A stretch of 64,000 nt of DNA from Octopus vulgaris (GCA_951406725.2 OX597820.1:94116001-94180000), one strand, 5' to 3'. Shown: positions 1 through 12,587, counted from the stretch's first letter. Numbers and translations are program-made. The notes: generated from the letters alone by a model not told the origin.

Positions 1-579
1 GACGTATTGCGCAAAAAGCAGTATATTTCAGAGTGAGACGAAACGAAATCGCAGTGGAAACGACTGCTTGAATGATTAAAGTGCATTTCGTCATTATTGC
101 GGCTTGTCAACGCCACGCGCTCGTGTCATTCTCGATATTTATCATCCCGGCTAGTGTGAGACAGTAATAAATAACTGACAGGTTATGCAGAGAAACCGCA
201 GTGCTAAACAAAATTCAAATTTTGACATCTTTATCCACCAACGCTACTCTCATTACGTCCAACATTGCCTTCGCAGATATTACCATCAGCAACACCATTA
301 GTTTTCTCACCATCCGATACTACGGATAACCTCTTCATGATGAATCGTTCCCCGAGACAAAGGAGCAAATTCTCCCTCCAATCGAACTTTACTGCAGTAT
401 TTCTTAAAGCTTTTTTAACAAACCATTTCTTTTACTAACACTTTCAACACCTCCACCCCATAATTCAATAAAAATAATAAATCATAAGAAAATTGCTGCC
501 TTCAGGTTGATCGCCATTTGAAGACTATTTATAAATGAGCCGATATAAAAGGAAATGTCAAAATGACATTTCGACTACT

Positions 580-796
580 AATATTGGTTTGAAATTTTAG
601 CACAAGACAGCAACTTCGTGGAAGGAGGAAGTCGATTACATCGACCTCAGTACTCAACTGGTTCTTTATATTATCGACCCCGAAAGGATGAAAGGCAAAG
701 ACGACCTCGGCAGAATTTGAACTCAGAACGTAAAGACACAAATTGCCGCTAAGCGTTTTGCCCGACGTGCTAACGGTTCTGCCAGTTCGCCGCCTT
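580..796 (-). mobile_element. tRNA-headed SINE, family A, full length, short tail
   Basis: Minus strand starts AAGGCGGCGAACTGGCAGAACCGTTAGCACG, has B-box-like GAGTTCAAATTC and core GCCTTTCATCCTTTCGGGGTCGATAA. Flanked by a 13-bp TSD CATTTCGACTACT (567-579, 797-809). About 20 related copies in the window. May match a described octopus SINE (OK/OR1/OR2); not verified. Confidence 0.9.
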
Positions 797-975
797 CATT
801 TCGACTACTCATACTACCAGATGATTCGCACACAGGCTAAAATTTGAAAATATATTTGATAATAAAGGCAATCTATTTCCCCTTCGACCCCCACCTCTGT
901 CTCCAGAGCTCATATAAAATTTTTCCACGCTTCATCGGGAATGGTATCTTTCACTTCGAGAAACACTGTTTTATT

Positions 976-1249
976 TACATTATATACATTTGACGGATAT
1001 TTGTCCTCATCTCGGATTCCGAGTTCAATTTCAGGCAGTGACCTGAATAATAATAATAATAATAATAACATCGAAAAATACCTTAGGAATGAGAACCCAG
1101 GTTTGAAATTTCCCCCAAGACACCTGATGAAGGCAGGAGAGTACATCAGCCGAAACGTGTTAACAACACACAAGACGAGGTCAAATATCCGTCAAATGTA
1201 AATAATGTAAATAATGTACATAATTCCTCATCTCTTAAATATAGAACTG
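976..1249 (+). mobile_element. Penelope-like element terminal fragment with a 5' inverted piece and a decayed hammerhead motif
   Basis: 12-bp direct repeat CACTGTTTTATT (964-975, 1250-1261). 973-1012 is the reverse complement of 1173-1212. CTGATGA(1124)...GAAAC(1152) with a GGC/GCC stem. Same 3' end recurs at 45250-45290. Confidence 0.65.
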
Positions 1250-2144
1250 CACTGTTTTATTGTCTACAACCCTTTACCTGTCTAAAACCTTTTCATAGTT
1301 TTGATCTAAATGTCCATTCTTGTTTTCAGAATTTTAGTTAGGTCTTGTTTCATACGTCCTGAGTAATATAAAGCTTTCCTGTCTTAAGTTCCAAGTTACT
1401 TTGGTGATTGGAAAAAATTGGGTAAGTGTAATGCGAGGACGTCGATTAAATGTGTTCAATGTATCACATGTAATACACAGGACAAGCAAAGAATTTTCAA
1501 AAAAAAAAATACTGCATTGGATAAAAAAAAATGAATAAATAAAACGGGATGGTCATGGCTGAAACGTCTTTGCTAAACACAAGCTGATCAGAAAATGGAG
1601 AGTTTCGACCTGCAAGTAAAAGCGTCTAAGTCTCCCTCAAATCACTCTCTACTGCCTTGAAAAAGAAATGCAAAGACACACAAGTTAATGTGGTCCTGGA
1701 AAAGAAAACATTATGATTATAAGTTTGTTTGAAGAGAGCAGCGGTAGTAGTAGTAGTAGTAGGAGGAGGAGGAGGAGGGGGAGGAGGACCGTTTACTACT
1801 GGCTGGATTACTATCACACTCTATTATCACTCGACGGTCAGTATAATCATCGCTATCCATAGAAAACGTTCACCTCTTAAGAATATGAAATAAACAAGCA
1901 AAATGGCTGCCGAATATTGAAAGTGAAAGTTCTCACCAAGATACACTAAGTAAACATGATCCCCGATAATGACGTCAATAAAACTAACTTTCGCTTTCCT
2001 TCACTACTTGCTATTGTGTTGTTTTTCATTTCGCTCCTACTTTTGCTCTTTACTTTTACGTGTATTCTATATACTTTTCTCCCTCTCCCTATTTCTTTCT
2101 CTTTAAGAAAGGAGGAAGTGATAAATGGATGGATGGATGGGCAA

Positions 2145-2145
<1 letters not shown>

Positions 2146-2228
<83 letters not shown>
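2146..2228. repeat. (GATA)n microsatellite
   Basis: Direct reading. Confidence 0.98.
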
Positions 2229-2229
<1 letters not shown>

Positions 2230-2427
2230 AATCAATCTATCGACATCTAAGGATTTGAGACATGTTAGGACAGATAAAATGTCTGTAGCTCGAGGAAAAT
2301 CTATTGTTTGATGTCTATCAAAGCAAAGCAACGAAAATATATGTGATGTGTGTATGTGTGAGAGGAAAAGAGAACAGAGAGAAAGAGAGAGAGAGGTATC
2401 TTTTACAAAGACGCCTGTTAGTGAAAG

Positions 2428-2468
<41 letters not shown>

Positions 2469-2604
2469 GTGTGTGTGTATGTATTGGGTTTTACATGCGG
2501 AAAATGATTCTATGTTTTATATCATTTATTGTGTAGATTATTACTATTTACTGATTTGTAAAGGCACGATGCATTGGCAAGTGCAAGCTGTCAATCGATA
2601 ATTA

Positions 2605-3310
2605 TATTGGATGGCCAGACAGGCGGATGAAAAGATGGTCGGATGGATTGATGGTCCAAGAAATAGATAGACTGATGGACGGGCGTAGGATTGACAAGTA
2701 AACGAATAGATGGACAGATGAACGGACAGTTGGGAGATATTTGACAGACGGATGGATAGATAGACGGATGGACTGATGGACAGATTGACAAGTGAGCAAA
2801 TGGAGACAGGGATCGACAGACGAACAAATAGAGGGGCAGATGAAAGGACGGATAGATGGATAGAAGAATGGAGTGAGAGGATGGGAAATATCTGTCAAGG
2901 AGAGAAAAAGAATGAAGATAAAAATGAAGGAGAAAATAGAGAATGTTGCAAAGAAAAAAAAAAGGATAAAACCATGGATACTGTATGATAAGAAAGAAGA
3001 AATTGTTGACAGAAATAGGGTAACGCAGAAGAGACAAACAAAGAACCAAAAATAGACATGGTTGTGTATTAGGAAATGAAAAGTGAGTTTTGATGGTGTA
3101 GTTTGAATGAAAATAGACATAATAGTAGTTGTGGAAGCGAGAATTTGAATGGAGAATGTGAGAATATTATAATTAGAAGGTAGTGTGGAAGGAGAGAATA
3201 TAGAAATGGGAACTAGGGAAAACAAAAATATAGATAGATAGATGAAGAAACTTAAGAATAAATAGATAGATAGACAAGGGGTCGGAAGGATATAAAGACA
3301 AGAAAAATGG
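2605..3310. repeat. Degenerate (GACA/GATG/GATA)n purine-rich low-complexity tract
   Basis: Decayed tetranucleotide periodicity with strong G/A strand bias; explains ORFs 2591-3225. Confidence 0.8.
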
Positions 3311-4685
3311 ATAATTTATCAAACAAAAAAATATAGAGTGAAAGTAAAACCCAATTAAACCTTACAAATTACAGAAAAAAAATGTAAATTAAAAAAAGTT
3401 TTAAATATTTTTTGTTAAATTAAAGCATAGAGATTTGTTTACATCAGTAAACACGAAATCAATACCAGAAGAAAATTTTTACATCAAAACCACAACGTTT
3501 ATCGTGATGCTTTTCGAAGTTAGTCACAATATATATTTGCTACAACCGATCACAAGAAATCGATTGCCACATTGCGACTCCCCAAGCGAAATGTTATTGA
3601 CCAGTTAGATTTCAAAATCTAGTAAACAGTATGTAGTATTAGATTGAAAGTTAGGTTTTGTTTGATGCAAGAATGACATAAAACTAATTCAGAAGATAGC
3701 TTTATATTTTATTTTATCGATTTCTTAAAATGTGCATTGTTGTTTTGGTTGTGGGAGTGGTGGTAATTTTTTTTTTGTTTTGCTTTTGTCGTGCGATTTT
3801 GAAGAGCTACAATGTTTAATACAAATCGCAGTGGAGGATTTATAGTAGAAGCAGGATCAAAACAAAATGATCATCACAGGTTCGTATCCGGCAACAATGT
3901 CAGCGCACCTTCAAATACATTTATTAAAAAACATAATCGTTTGCTCGATTTCACTAAGCTTGTTTTTACTTCGCTATGCTGAACTTAAAAACTGAACACA
4001 AAGCGCGGAGGAGACGAACAGAAGAATACTGTATTGATTATACATTAGATGCGTTCCGCGTTAAAACTGAATCCAATAAATGTTATCTCATACAAACATC
4101 CAATCGGAGGGAAGAGATAGTATTGTAGCGCTCGTAAAGAAGCCAAGAAGAACATCCCTATCACAAAATGGCGCCCAAAAGACTGACAGAAAGAGAGGCG
4201 AAAAAACATGTATAATGGAATTTTATACAAATTTGTTACCGATATTTTACTATAATTAAGCTTCCGTATGTCCAGAGAACTGCTTCTGCTGCTACCACTA
4301 ACACAAGTATCATCACAAAAAACACGATGCAGTTTCGTATATCCCAACTGCGGGTGTTAGAGATGAAGTCCTTTGCTACTATTACTAGTTGCTATAGTTA
4401 ATCCTGTATGGGGGGTTAAGCATCAATGCTTATTAATTTATATATTCTGGGATCTAGAATAGATAAATTATTATAGGTGGCGTGCTTATAAATTATTTAC
4501 AATGCTTATTTTTTCTATTGGTGGCATGGCGAGCGCAGTGTATTAGAGACGGGTTTGTGACAAATTATTTCTGCAATCCCATTTTCAAATTCCATAGAAC
4601 ACATAACATATCACATTAACCGTATTATTTTATCATATTAGAAAAAGCATGCGCACCATAATGCATCAGGCTCTAACTGAAACTA

Positions 4686-4703
4686 TACATGCATGCATGC
4701 ATG

Positions 4704-4793
<90 letters not shown>

Positions 4794-4896
4794 TACATAC
4801 ATACATACATACATACATACATACATACATACATACATACATACATACATACATACATACATACATACATGCATGCATACATACATACATACATAC
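4686..4896. repeat. Compound (ATGC)n(AC)n(ATAC)n microsatellite
   Basis: Direct reading. Confidence 0.98.
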
Positions 4897-5589
4897 AAAG
4901 AAAACGTTGACGATGGCTTCGAAGTTTCACCGACCGGATCTTCGTCAGACTGTAGAGTATTTAGGAGAAGGGGCTTCAACCTAGTGGCTGTGGAATACAT
5001 GTGGTTTATTAGCGTGTTTCATGTAGCCCATAAATAGCAACTATACCGATTGTTAAACCACACCTACTTCACAACTACTAATCCTTTCACACAAGATGAA
5101 CCAAATTATATAAAAACCTTGAAAAATCAACAAAAATTTACAATCAGAAGCCGTAGACTATGAAATTTTGAAGCTATTGTCAACCTTCCCTTGTAAAAAT
5201 AAATTTGATACTCCACTTGAATGCACTGAGTGGAGTGGTTTCCCAATAAACCCATTTTTTAATGCACAACTATACTTAAAACAAACAAGAACGAATATAT
5301 ATATATATATACATTCTGTAAATAATAATAATAATAATAATAATAGTATTTTATAAGCTTAAAGCTTATACGCGATCACCGCACAATGACTAAAGAAAAC
5401 CATTGCAGTGAGATATATATATATATGCATGTATGTACGTATGTGTTCCCAAGCAAATTACATACAGGTTATCAGAAGGAGCCCTTTAAGTGGTCCATTC
5501 GAGCTGCTAGAAATAGCAGCCAAATAAACTGAAATGACCGCCAACCATTTTATTACAAAAGGATCTGACAATGTAGTCAATAATGTACA

Positions 5590-5699
5590 AAAGGCAAAGT
5601 TGATCTCGACAAGATTCGAGCTCAGCAAGTGAAGAGCATGAAGAAATATCGCTTAGCATTTTGTCGAATGTGCTAACGATTCTGTCAGCTCACCGCCTT
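5590..5699 (-). mobile_element. SINE family A, 5' half, diverged
   Basis: Matches the family A head (...GCTAACGATTCTGTCAGCTCACCGCCTT on +). Confidence 0.75.
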
Positions 5700-5924
5700 C
5701 CTAAGGCCAAACAACAACAACGGTTCCATTCAATTTATACTTCATGCATGTCAATGCATGATAGTCTTCCCTCTCCATCGCTACCAATACTGGCCAAGGG
5801 GAGGAATCGATAGAGTGTGGCACTAAAACCGCTGCAGGTATTGCTGTCAGAACGCAAAAGACCGAAAAATTGCCATAAAGAATCTTCTCCGATGCTATAA
5901 CAGTTTTGCCAATTCACCATCCTG

Positions 5925-6045
5925 GATAGGTATTCCATTTTTTTTTTATCGACCCAAAAGGATGAAAGTCAAAGTGAACCTTACTGTGATTTGAACTCAG
6001 TGCGCATAGAGTCGGAAGAAATATCGTAAAGTATTCTACCCAACG
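5925..6045 (-). mobile_element. SINE family A fragment interrupted by a hAT MITE
   Basis: ATCGACCCAAAAGGATGAAAGTCAAAGT...TTTGAACTCAG core, truncated at the MITE target site. Confidence 0.7.
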
Positions 6046-6053
6046 CTCTAGAA

Positions 6054-6408
6054 CAGTGGTTCTCAACCCGGGTCCATGTGGCCCCTGAGAGCCCATATAA
6101 GATTTTTTGGGGGTGTCCACGTAACAAAATAGTAAATTGGGGGTCCGCAATAATATTTTAAGGGTCCTTGAAAAAACTTTACTTTAGATGTATGTATTGA
6201 TATGTGTTTCAAGAAACAGCAAGGTTTCTTTCTCAAATGTGTTACATAGTTCAACCTACACAAGTTAATGTGTGGAAAACAAAATAGGAATTTTGAAAGA
6301 ATTATCTGTAAAACTAGTTTTTAAACATCGAGTGGCTATGGGGGTCCACCAGAGTAAAAACTAATCAAAGGGGTCCATAGGTAGGAAAAAAATGGTTGAG
6401 AACCCTTG
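6054..6408. mobile_element. Non-autonomous hAT (Charlie-like) MITE, copy 1
   Basis: TIRs CAGTGGTTCTCAACC / GGTTGAGAACCCTTG; 8-bp TSD CTCTAGAA / CTCTAAAA; repeated subterminal GGGGTCC motifs. Confidence 0.85.
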
Positions 6409-6416
6409 CTCTAAAA

Positions 6417-6786
6417 CATCGGTTCTCAACCATTTTTTTATTTATGGACCCCTGAGATTGCTATTTTATTCCACTAGACCTTCATAGCTACTCGATGTGT
6501 ATGAAAAAAACCTTCTGTATTTTTATAGCTAAATATTTTTAGGAACTGTATAAAGAAATAAAATATTTTGTGAATTGTATCTTTTATCTTTTATTTGTTT
6601 CAGCCACTTGACTGCGGCAATGCTGGAGCACCGCCTTGAAGGGTTTTAGTCGAACAAATCAACCCTAGGACTTTTTAGAAGCTTAGTGCTTATTCTATTG
6701 GTATCTTTTACTGAACCACTAACTTACGTGGACGTAAATATAAAAAAAAAATTGTCAAGCGAGGATGGGGGGCAAACAGACACAAA

Positions 6787-6833
<47 letters not shown>

Positions 6834-7086
6834 GACGGGCTTCTTTCAGTTTCCGTCTACCAAATCCACTCACAAGGCTTTAGAGGGACGAAGCTACAGT
6901 AGAAGACACTTGCCCAAGATGGCCCGCAGTGGGACTGGACAAGGAACTATGTGGTCGACGAGCAAGCTTCATACTATACAGTCACGCCTGCGCCGAAATA
7001 TAAGCATTTTTATTGCGCGTAAACTTTTACTGCAAAATCTTATGTGGGCCCTTTTGGGTCATCGAGACCCTGGTCGAGAACCATCC
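6417..7086. mobile_element. Non-autonomous hAT MITE, copy 2, containing a SINE
   Basis: TIRs CATCGGTTCTCAACC / GGTCGAGAACCATCC; flanked by CTCTAAAA (6409-6416, 7087-7094). Confidence 0.75.
6578..6994 (-). mobile_element. tRNA-headed SINE, family B (CORE-like central motif), nested in MITE 2
   Basis: Minus strand: GGCGCAGGCGTGACTG head, CTTGGGCAAGTGTCTTCTAC motif, internal (TA)n, tail ending GACTGAAACAAATAAAAGATAAAAGATA-like. Confidence 0.9.
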
Positions 7087-7581
7087 CTCTAAAACCTTTG
7101 TGGGCGAATTCGACGCCTTTAGATCACATTCTATCGTCTTAAAAAGAGAAAAAGGAAGAGCATATTGAGACGTACAGTCTTAGATAACAACGTAAAGAGG
7201 TGAAGGTTACGGTTGGAATGCCGTTGATCATAAGGTCTATTCGATCGAGTTTGACCCGCAGCTATATAATAACAGTAGGAAACTACTTTTTAATCACTAT
7301 TATTAGCAAAAACATAAAAAGGACTGTTGCCATCGTTACTTGAACATTGTCCGAAGTGAAATAATGTAAAATAAAGAAGAAAAAAAAAAAAGAAATGTGG
7401 GGTGGGGGAAACAAAGAATGAAACAAAATAGAAAGAAAGAAAGAAAACGAGAAAAAAAAAGAAGGAAAGAAAGAAAGAACCGTCAAATAGGAAATCGTTA
7501 CGAGAATAGTTTTTGAAGTTGTCTTTAGACGATAAAAAAATAATGAAACAAAACAAAGCACAGCTACAACTGAGACTAAAC

Positions 7582-7629
7582 TGTAGTAGTAGTAGTAGTA
7601 GCAGTAGTAGTAGTAGTAGTAGTAGTTGC

Positions 7630-7662
<33 letters not shown>

Positions 7663-7940
7663 TGCAGCAGCAGCAGCTACAGTGTCAGTAATAGTAGTTG
7701 TAAGAGGAGAGGGAAGTGGAGCAGCTGCAGTAGTGGTGGTTATGGTGGCTGTGAATGTGGCAGTGGTTGTGGTGGCAACAATAGTGTTAGTGGTAGTGTT
7801 AGTAGTAGTGGTTGTGGTGGCGGCCACAGTGGTGGTGGCGGTGGCGATAGTGGTAGAGGTGGTGGTAATGGCAGAGGTGACAGTAGTGGTGGTCGTAGCG
7901 CCGTTGGTTTCTGAGCAGGAGGTGGTGACAGTGGTAGTGT
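7582..7940. repeat. (GTA)n/(GCA)n/(GTG)n trinucleotide tract
   Basis: Direct reading; source of the Ser/Gly/Thr/Val ORFs. Confidence 0.92.
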
Positions 7941-8011
7941 TTGAGATAGGTAAGTGTTTTAGACTACTTAATTTGTAAATTGAAGATTTCAAAGCCAGAT
8001 TTGTTCTACCA

Positions 8012-8012
<1 letters not shown>

Positions 8013-8094
<82 letters not shown>
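8013..8094. repeat. (CT)n(ATCT)n microsatellite
   Basis: Direct reading. Confidence 0.97.
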
Positions 8095-8996
8095 CCAGAT
8101 GAACAATGGACCTGGCTGAAAGGTCTCTGGGATACTTGATTACTTCTTCAAAAATCTTAAGTTCAAAGCCAGAAAGCCAGGTCTTCCGCTGCAGCAGGCA
8201 GGTTATCTCGCTGGCTGACTGGCCGACTGGCTGGTTGGTTGGCTGGTAAGTTGGTTGACTGTCTTGCTGTCTGACAAACTGAGGTGTTAGTATTTTCTAT
8301 TACAGAGTTCGTGAGAACAAGATTTCAAAGCCGTTCTTTTATGAGCATTGACCTGGAACTAGCACAGGTTATTACAGTACAATGATCATTTCGTTGTTAT
8401 ATAACGCTGTATATTCTTTATTTAGTTTCAGAATAAAGCGGCTTTGTTGAGACGCTGCTTCCAAGGAGTTTTAGCAGATCATAATGACCTCTTTTTCAGT
8501 CTGGTACTTATTTTATTGATCTCCATCGAAAGACCAAGTTACTGTTTGACATAAAGCAATGCAGCATTCGAAACCTCGCTAAAGACACACACACACATAC
8601 ATTTATATATATATATACGTGACGTACCTTGATAGACAGATAGGATAAGAAGGACAAGCCTTTCGAGATCAATTCAAGGCAGAAGAAAACTGAATTTTAA
8701 ATCAAAGTATTCTGAACCAGAACAAAATTCGAGGAGACTTGTATTTGCATAAAATATAACTTACCCACATGCATACAACGCGTTAACGCTTCAGTTCTTT
8801 TGTTCAAACTATGACTGCTTTGAGCCAAAACATTCAATTTTTCGCTCAGACAAAGGTCGCACAGCATTTTTGATTTGGAGCTCCCGTTTCTTCAGACAAG
8901 TCCTCGCGAATTTAAAATTACTCTGTCTTTTATAGACAGAGCTCAACCATACTGAATTGAGTGCTTCAAATCAAAGATGCAGTGTGACCTTTGTTT

Positions 8997-9360
8997 AAGC
9001 GTGGCTGTGTGGTAAGAAGTTTGCTTCCCAGCCATATGGTTCCAGGTACTTGCACTTTGGACAAGTACCTTCTACTATAACCTCGAGCTAATAAAAGCCT
9101 TGTGAGTGGATTTGGTAGACGGAAACTGAAAGAAGCCTGCCGTATATGTATATATATATTTGTGTGTGTCTTCCAATACCGCCGAACAACCGGTGCTGGT
9201 GTGTTTACGGCCCCGTAACATAGTGGCTCGGCCAAAGATACCGGTAGAATAAGTACCAGGATTTAAAAAGTAAGTTCTAGGGCTGATTCGCTTGACTGCA
9301 AATTTTCAAGGCGGTTCCCCAGCACGGCCACAATCTAATGACTGATACAGGTGAAGGATA
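8997..9360 (+). mobile_element. SINE family B
   Basis: GCGTGGCTGTGTGGTAAGAAG head, GGATTTGGTAGACGGAAACTGAAAGAAGCC core, diverged tail. Confidence 0.88.
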
Positions 9361-10214
9361 CACACACACACTCACAAACATTATATATATATATATATAT
9401 ATACAGAGAGAGAGGGGGGGCGGAAAATAAGTAAAAGGATTCCAGGCATGACCATCGCGATTTTACCTAAAACATACTGCAGCTAAGACCACATTCTGCA
9501 ATGCTATCTTGTCATCTAAGGTAACTGAGCGTGTGATTTTCAGGTGTAAAATTCCATTACAGCATGGTGTAAATGAGCTCTGAGCTACGAAAAGTTGAAA
9601 GCCAATACTCCCAGTGAATTACAGAGGCCCTGAAAAAGCTCAAAGGTGTCGACCCTTTACCTTTCAGACAAAAGTTAGAAAATAAAGAAGATTAAAAAAT
9701 CACGTTAGCCCACCTTGGTAATATGAGCCAAGAAACGGCATTCAAATGTTCTATCACTTTATACGCTTCGCTTCGCCTAAATTAACAAGCACCAGTTGAG
9801 ATAAATGACTATTGCTAAACTGATTGTACTAGTCTGATAAACTAAAAATGGTAACAGAAATTATCTAATATCGAAATCTAATGCACAAAAAATTTAGATT
9901 ATAGAAACATCTGGTTTTTATTTCCATGCTCATACAATACTGAAATGAAACATTAAGATTATATCAATTCTATTTAATGGGTCTTGAAGTCAACGAAAGA
10001 CACAAAGCGGCAAAAAGAAAGTTGTATAGAACTGTTTGTAACGAAATCACCACTACGGTAACTACAGCAATATCAAACAGTTGTACTTCAGGGTTAACGT
10101 CGATATGATAATAAACTAATGAACTTGGGGTATATAGTGATTTCCAACGTATACGAAGGCTGTGTACAGGCAGTAAAAACGACCCTGGCTCTCAATGTGT
10201 GCGTGCATGAGTAA

Positions 10215-10264
<50 letters not shown>

Positions 10265-10280
10265 TATATAGTCTGTGTGG

Positions 10281-10311
<31 letters not shown>

Positions 10312-10314
<3 letters not shown>

Positions 10315-10462
10315 GACGAGCTTCTTTCCACTTTCCGTTTACCAAATCCATTCACAAGGCCTCAGCCCGAGGTTATTGCAGAAGACACTTAGTGAAGGTG
10401 CCACGTAGTGGGAATGAACCCAGGACCATGTGGTTGGGAAGCAAGCTTCTAACCACACAGCG
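10312..10462 (-). mobile_element. SINE family B, 5' half
   Basis: Matches the family B head and core. Confidence 0.8.
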
Positions 10463-10744
10463 ACAAACATACGTACATATATACAATACATGCAAATATA
10501 TATAAACTCTCGTACATACACTACATATATATATAAAACGTGTGTTTGTTGTATGTATGATTGCATACATACATACATACATACATACATACATACATAC
10601 ATGCATGCATGCATGCATGTATGTATGTATGTATATATATACGCTCTTGTACATACAATGCATATATATATAAAACGTGTGTCTGTTGTATTTATGAGTG
10701 TATATATATATATATCTACAAGAGTAAGCACGTTAATGCGAAAC

Positions 10745-11298
10745 AAGGGGGGAAAACTAGTACTCGAATTGGCAGAGTAATGCGCTTTATTAAAAAGCAG
10801 CAAAAATATCACAAAAAAGACAATTACTCAGAGTTTCACGTTCCCGTTCGTCGGACAGTTTTGTTTTGAATGGAACAAAAATAAGGTTATAAGCAAACAT
10901 ACAATTAGTTTAACGGATACACATTTGAAAATGGTTTTGTGTCATTGGTCCTTTCAACTAACGGTATTAATTGATTAATATTTTACAAATAATAATTTAC
11001 CCTGGGTATTTAGACTCTGCCCTTTATAAGCTATTTTTGATTTAAGGTTTTCTTTGATTTTATAATAAGGTGATTTTATACCGAATTTTGTTCATTGCAT
11101 GTAACCGGTCATTGTAAAGACCGTTAGTTGAAAGGACCAATGAAACAAAATCATTTTCAAATGTGTATCCATTAAACTAATTGTATATGTTTGCTTTTAA
11201 TCTTATTTTTGTTCCATTCTAAACAAAACTGTCCGACGAACGGGAACGTGAAACTCCGAGTAACAGTTTTTGTGATATTTTTGCTGCTTTTCAATAAA

Positions 11299-11299
<1 letters not shown>
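10745..11299. mobile_element. Penelope-like element relic with inverted terminal (pLTR-like) repeats
   Basis: About 180-bp inverted arms 10785-10965 / 11120-11299, each carrying a hammerhead motif; sits in (TA)n. Confidence 0.7.
11225..11270 (+). ncRNA. Minimal type-I hammerhead ribozyme (U4C core variant)
   Basis: Stem I AAAACTGT/ACAGTTTT, core CCGACGA, stem II ACG-GGAA-CGT, GAAA, stem III ACT-CCG-AGT, cleavage triplet GTA (11260-11262). Confidence 0.7.
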
Positions 11300-11350
<51 letters not shown>

Positions 11351-11393
11351 CAAACAGGAAAAATAGAACTCAAACTATGAGCATATCTATATT

Positions 11394-11536
11394 TTTATCA
11401 ATATTTAGCAGAAGCAACAGTGTGACTTAAGGGTCAAGAGTTGGCAGGTAACAAACTTACCAAAGTTTTAAAAGAGCCAACACACAAAACTCTAGGCCCT
11501 TAAATTACTATATTGCTTCTGCTAAAGATTGATAAA
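11394..11536. repeat. Imperfect inverted repeat (about 49-bp arms, 45-bp spacer)
   Basis: TTTATCAATATTTAGCAGAAGCAA...AAGGGTCAAGAGTT pairs with AACTCTAGGCCCTT...TTGCTTCTGCTAAAGATTGATAAA. Confidence 0.85.
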
Positions 11537-12001
11537 TATATTGTTTCACCAGGAATGTGAGGATGCCATAAGACGATGCATAATCACACAGTTCTGAGTG
11601 CACTGTTTTTATTGCACAAACAGCTCTAAGCTAATGAAGTCAGTTACGTAATTCAAGTTCCCGTGTCATTCCATTAGTTCCATATATGTGTATACACACA
11701 AATACAGACACACACAGCTACACTCCGAAGAAAATATCTTCATATCTTTTTATGCAAAAGAATATATGCAAATAAAATTTTTGCAATATAAAACAAACAA
11801 ACGAACAAACATAGTTTTCTATATTTAACAGAAGTGTTTAAAGAAATACCAGATAATTTGTTTCATATCCTCTTTGGTTATTTTGAAACGGAGCCAAATA
11901 ATGCGGTAGTTTATAAACATTAACTCGAAAGCAGCAATCGTCGACTAATATGCTCTATGCATTATATATAGAAATATAATATATGATTTAATATAATATA
12001 C

Positions 12002-12033
<32 letters not shown>

Positions 12034-12489
12034 TTCTACACACGCATATACGCTGGCACACTCGAACATTTGCACAAACGCAAGCAATACAACACATACA
12101 CAAACAAGTTAGATGCCAGAAATAGTTTGGTTTCTAGACTCAATCCTTCCGATTGACCAGAATTAATAGGATATTTTATTTCCTTATTCCTGGTTTTTAT
12201 TACATTCTTTTTTTTTTTTTCCTTCTCCCTCTGTATTATTTTTAAAGATTCTCCATAAAGATAACAACTAAAAAAAAAAAAAATAAACAATTAACAAGTA
12301 GAGTTACGAATAAGAATAATCACTCCAAAGAAACACGATACGCAAGGTTACAAGCCATCGAATGCCAAAGGAATTAATAAGAATTCCTAATTCCCTCCCT
12401 TGATTTCATTCGAAAACTGTCAGCCTGCTCTGATCATTAGAGCGTCAGACGCCAGAAACCAAAACAAACACAAGTTAAAAATAAAACAT

Positions 12490-12577
<88 letters not shown>

Positions 12578-12587
12578 TACATATATA

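Noticed and set aside
4649-5037. His/Thr/Tyr/Ile and Cys/Val/Met ORFs (also at 10339-10869, 19307-19812, 22248-22823, 42319-43103, 59380-59797)
   Set aside because: Translations of stop-free microsatellites; open in many frames; no domain content.
7513-7992. Ser/Gly-rich and mucin-like Thr-rich ORFs
   Set aside because: Trinucleotide repeat tract open on both strands; no supporting exon context.
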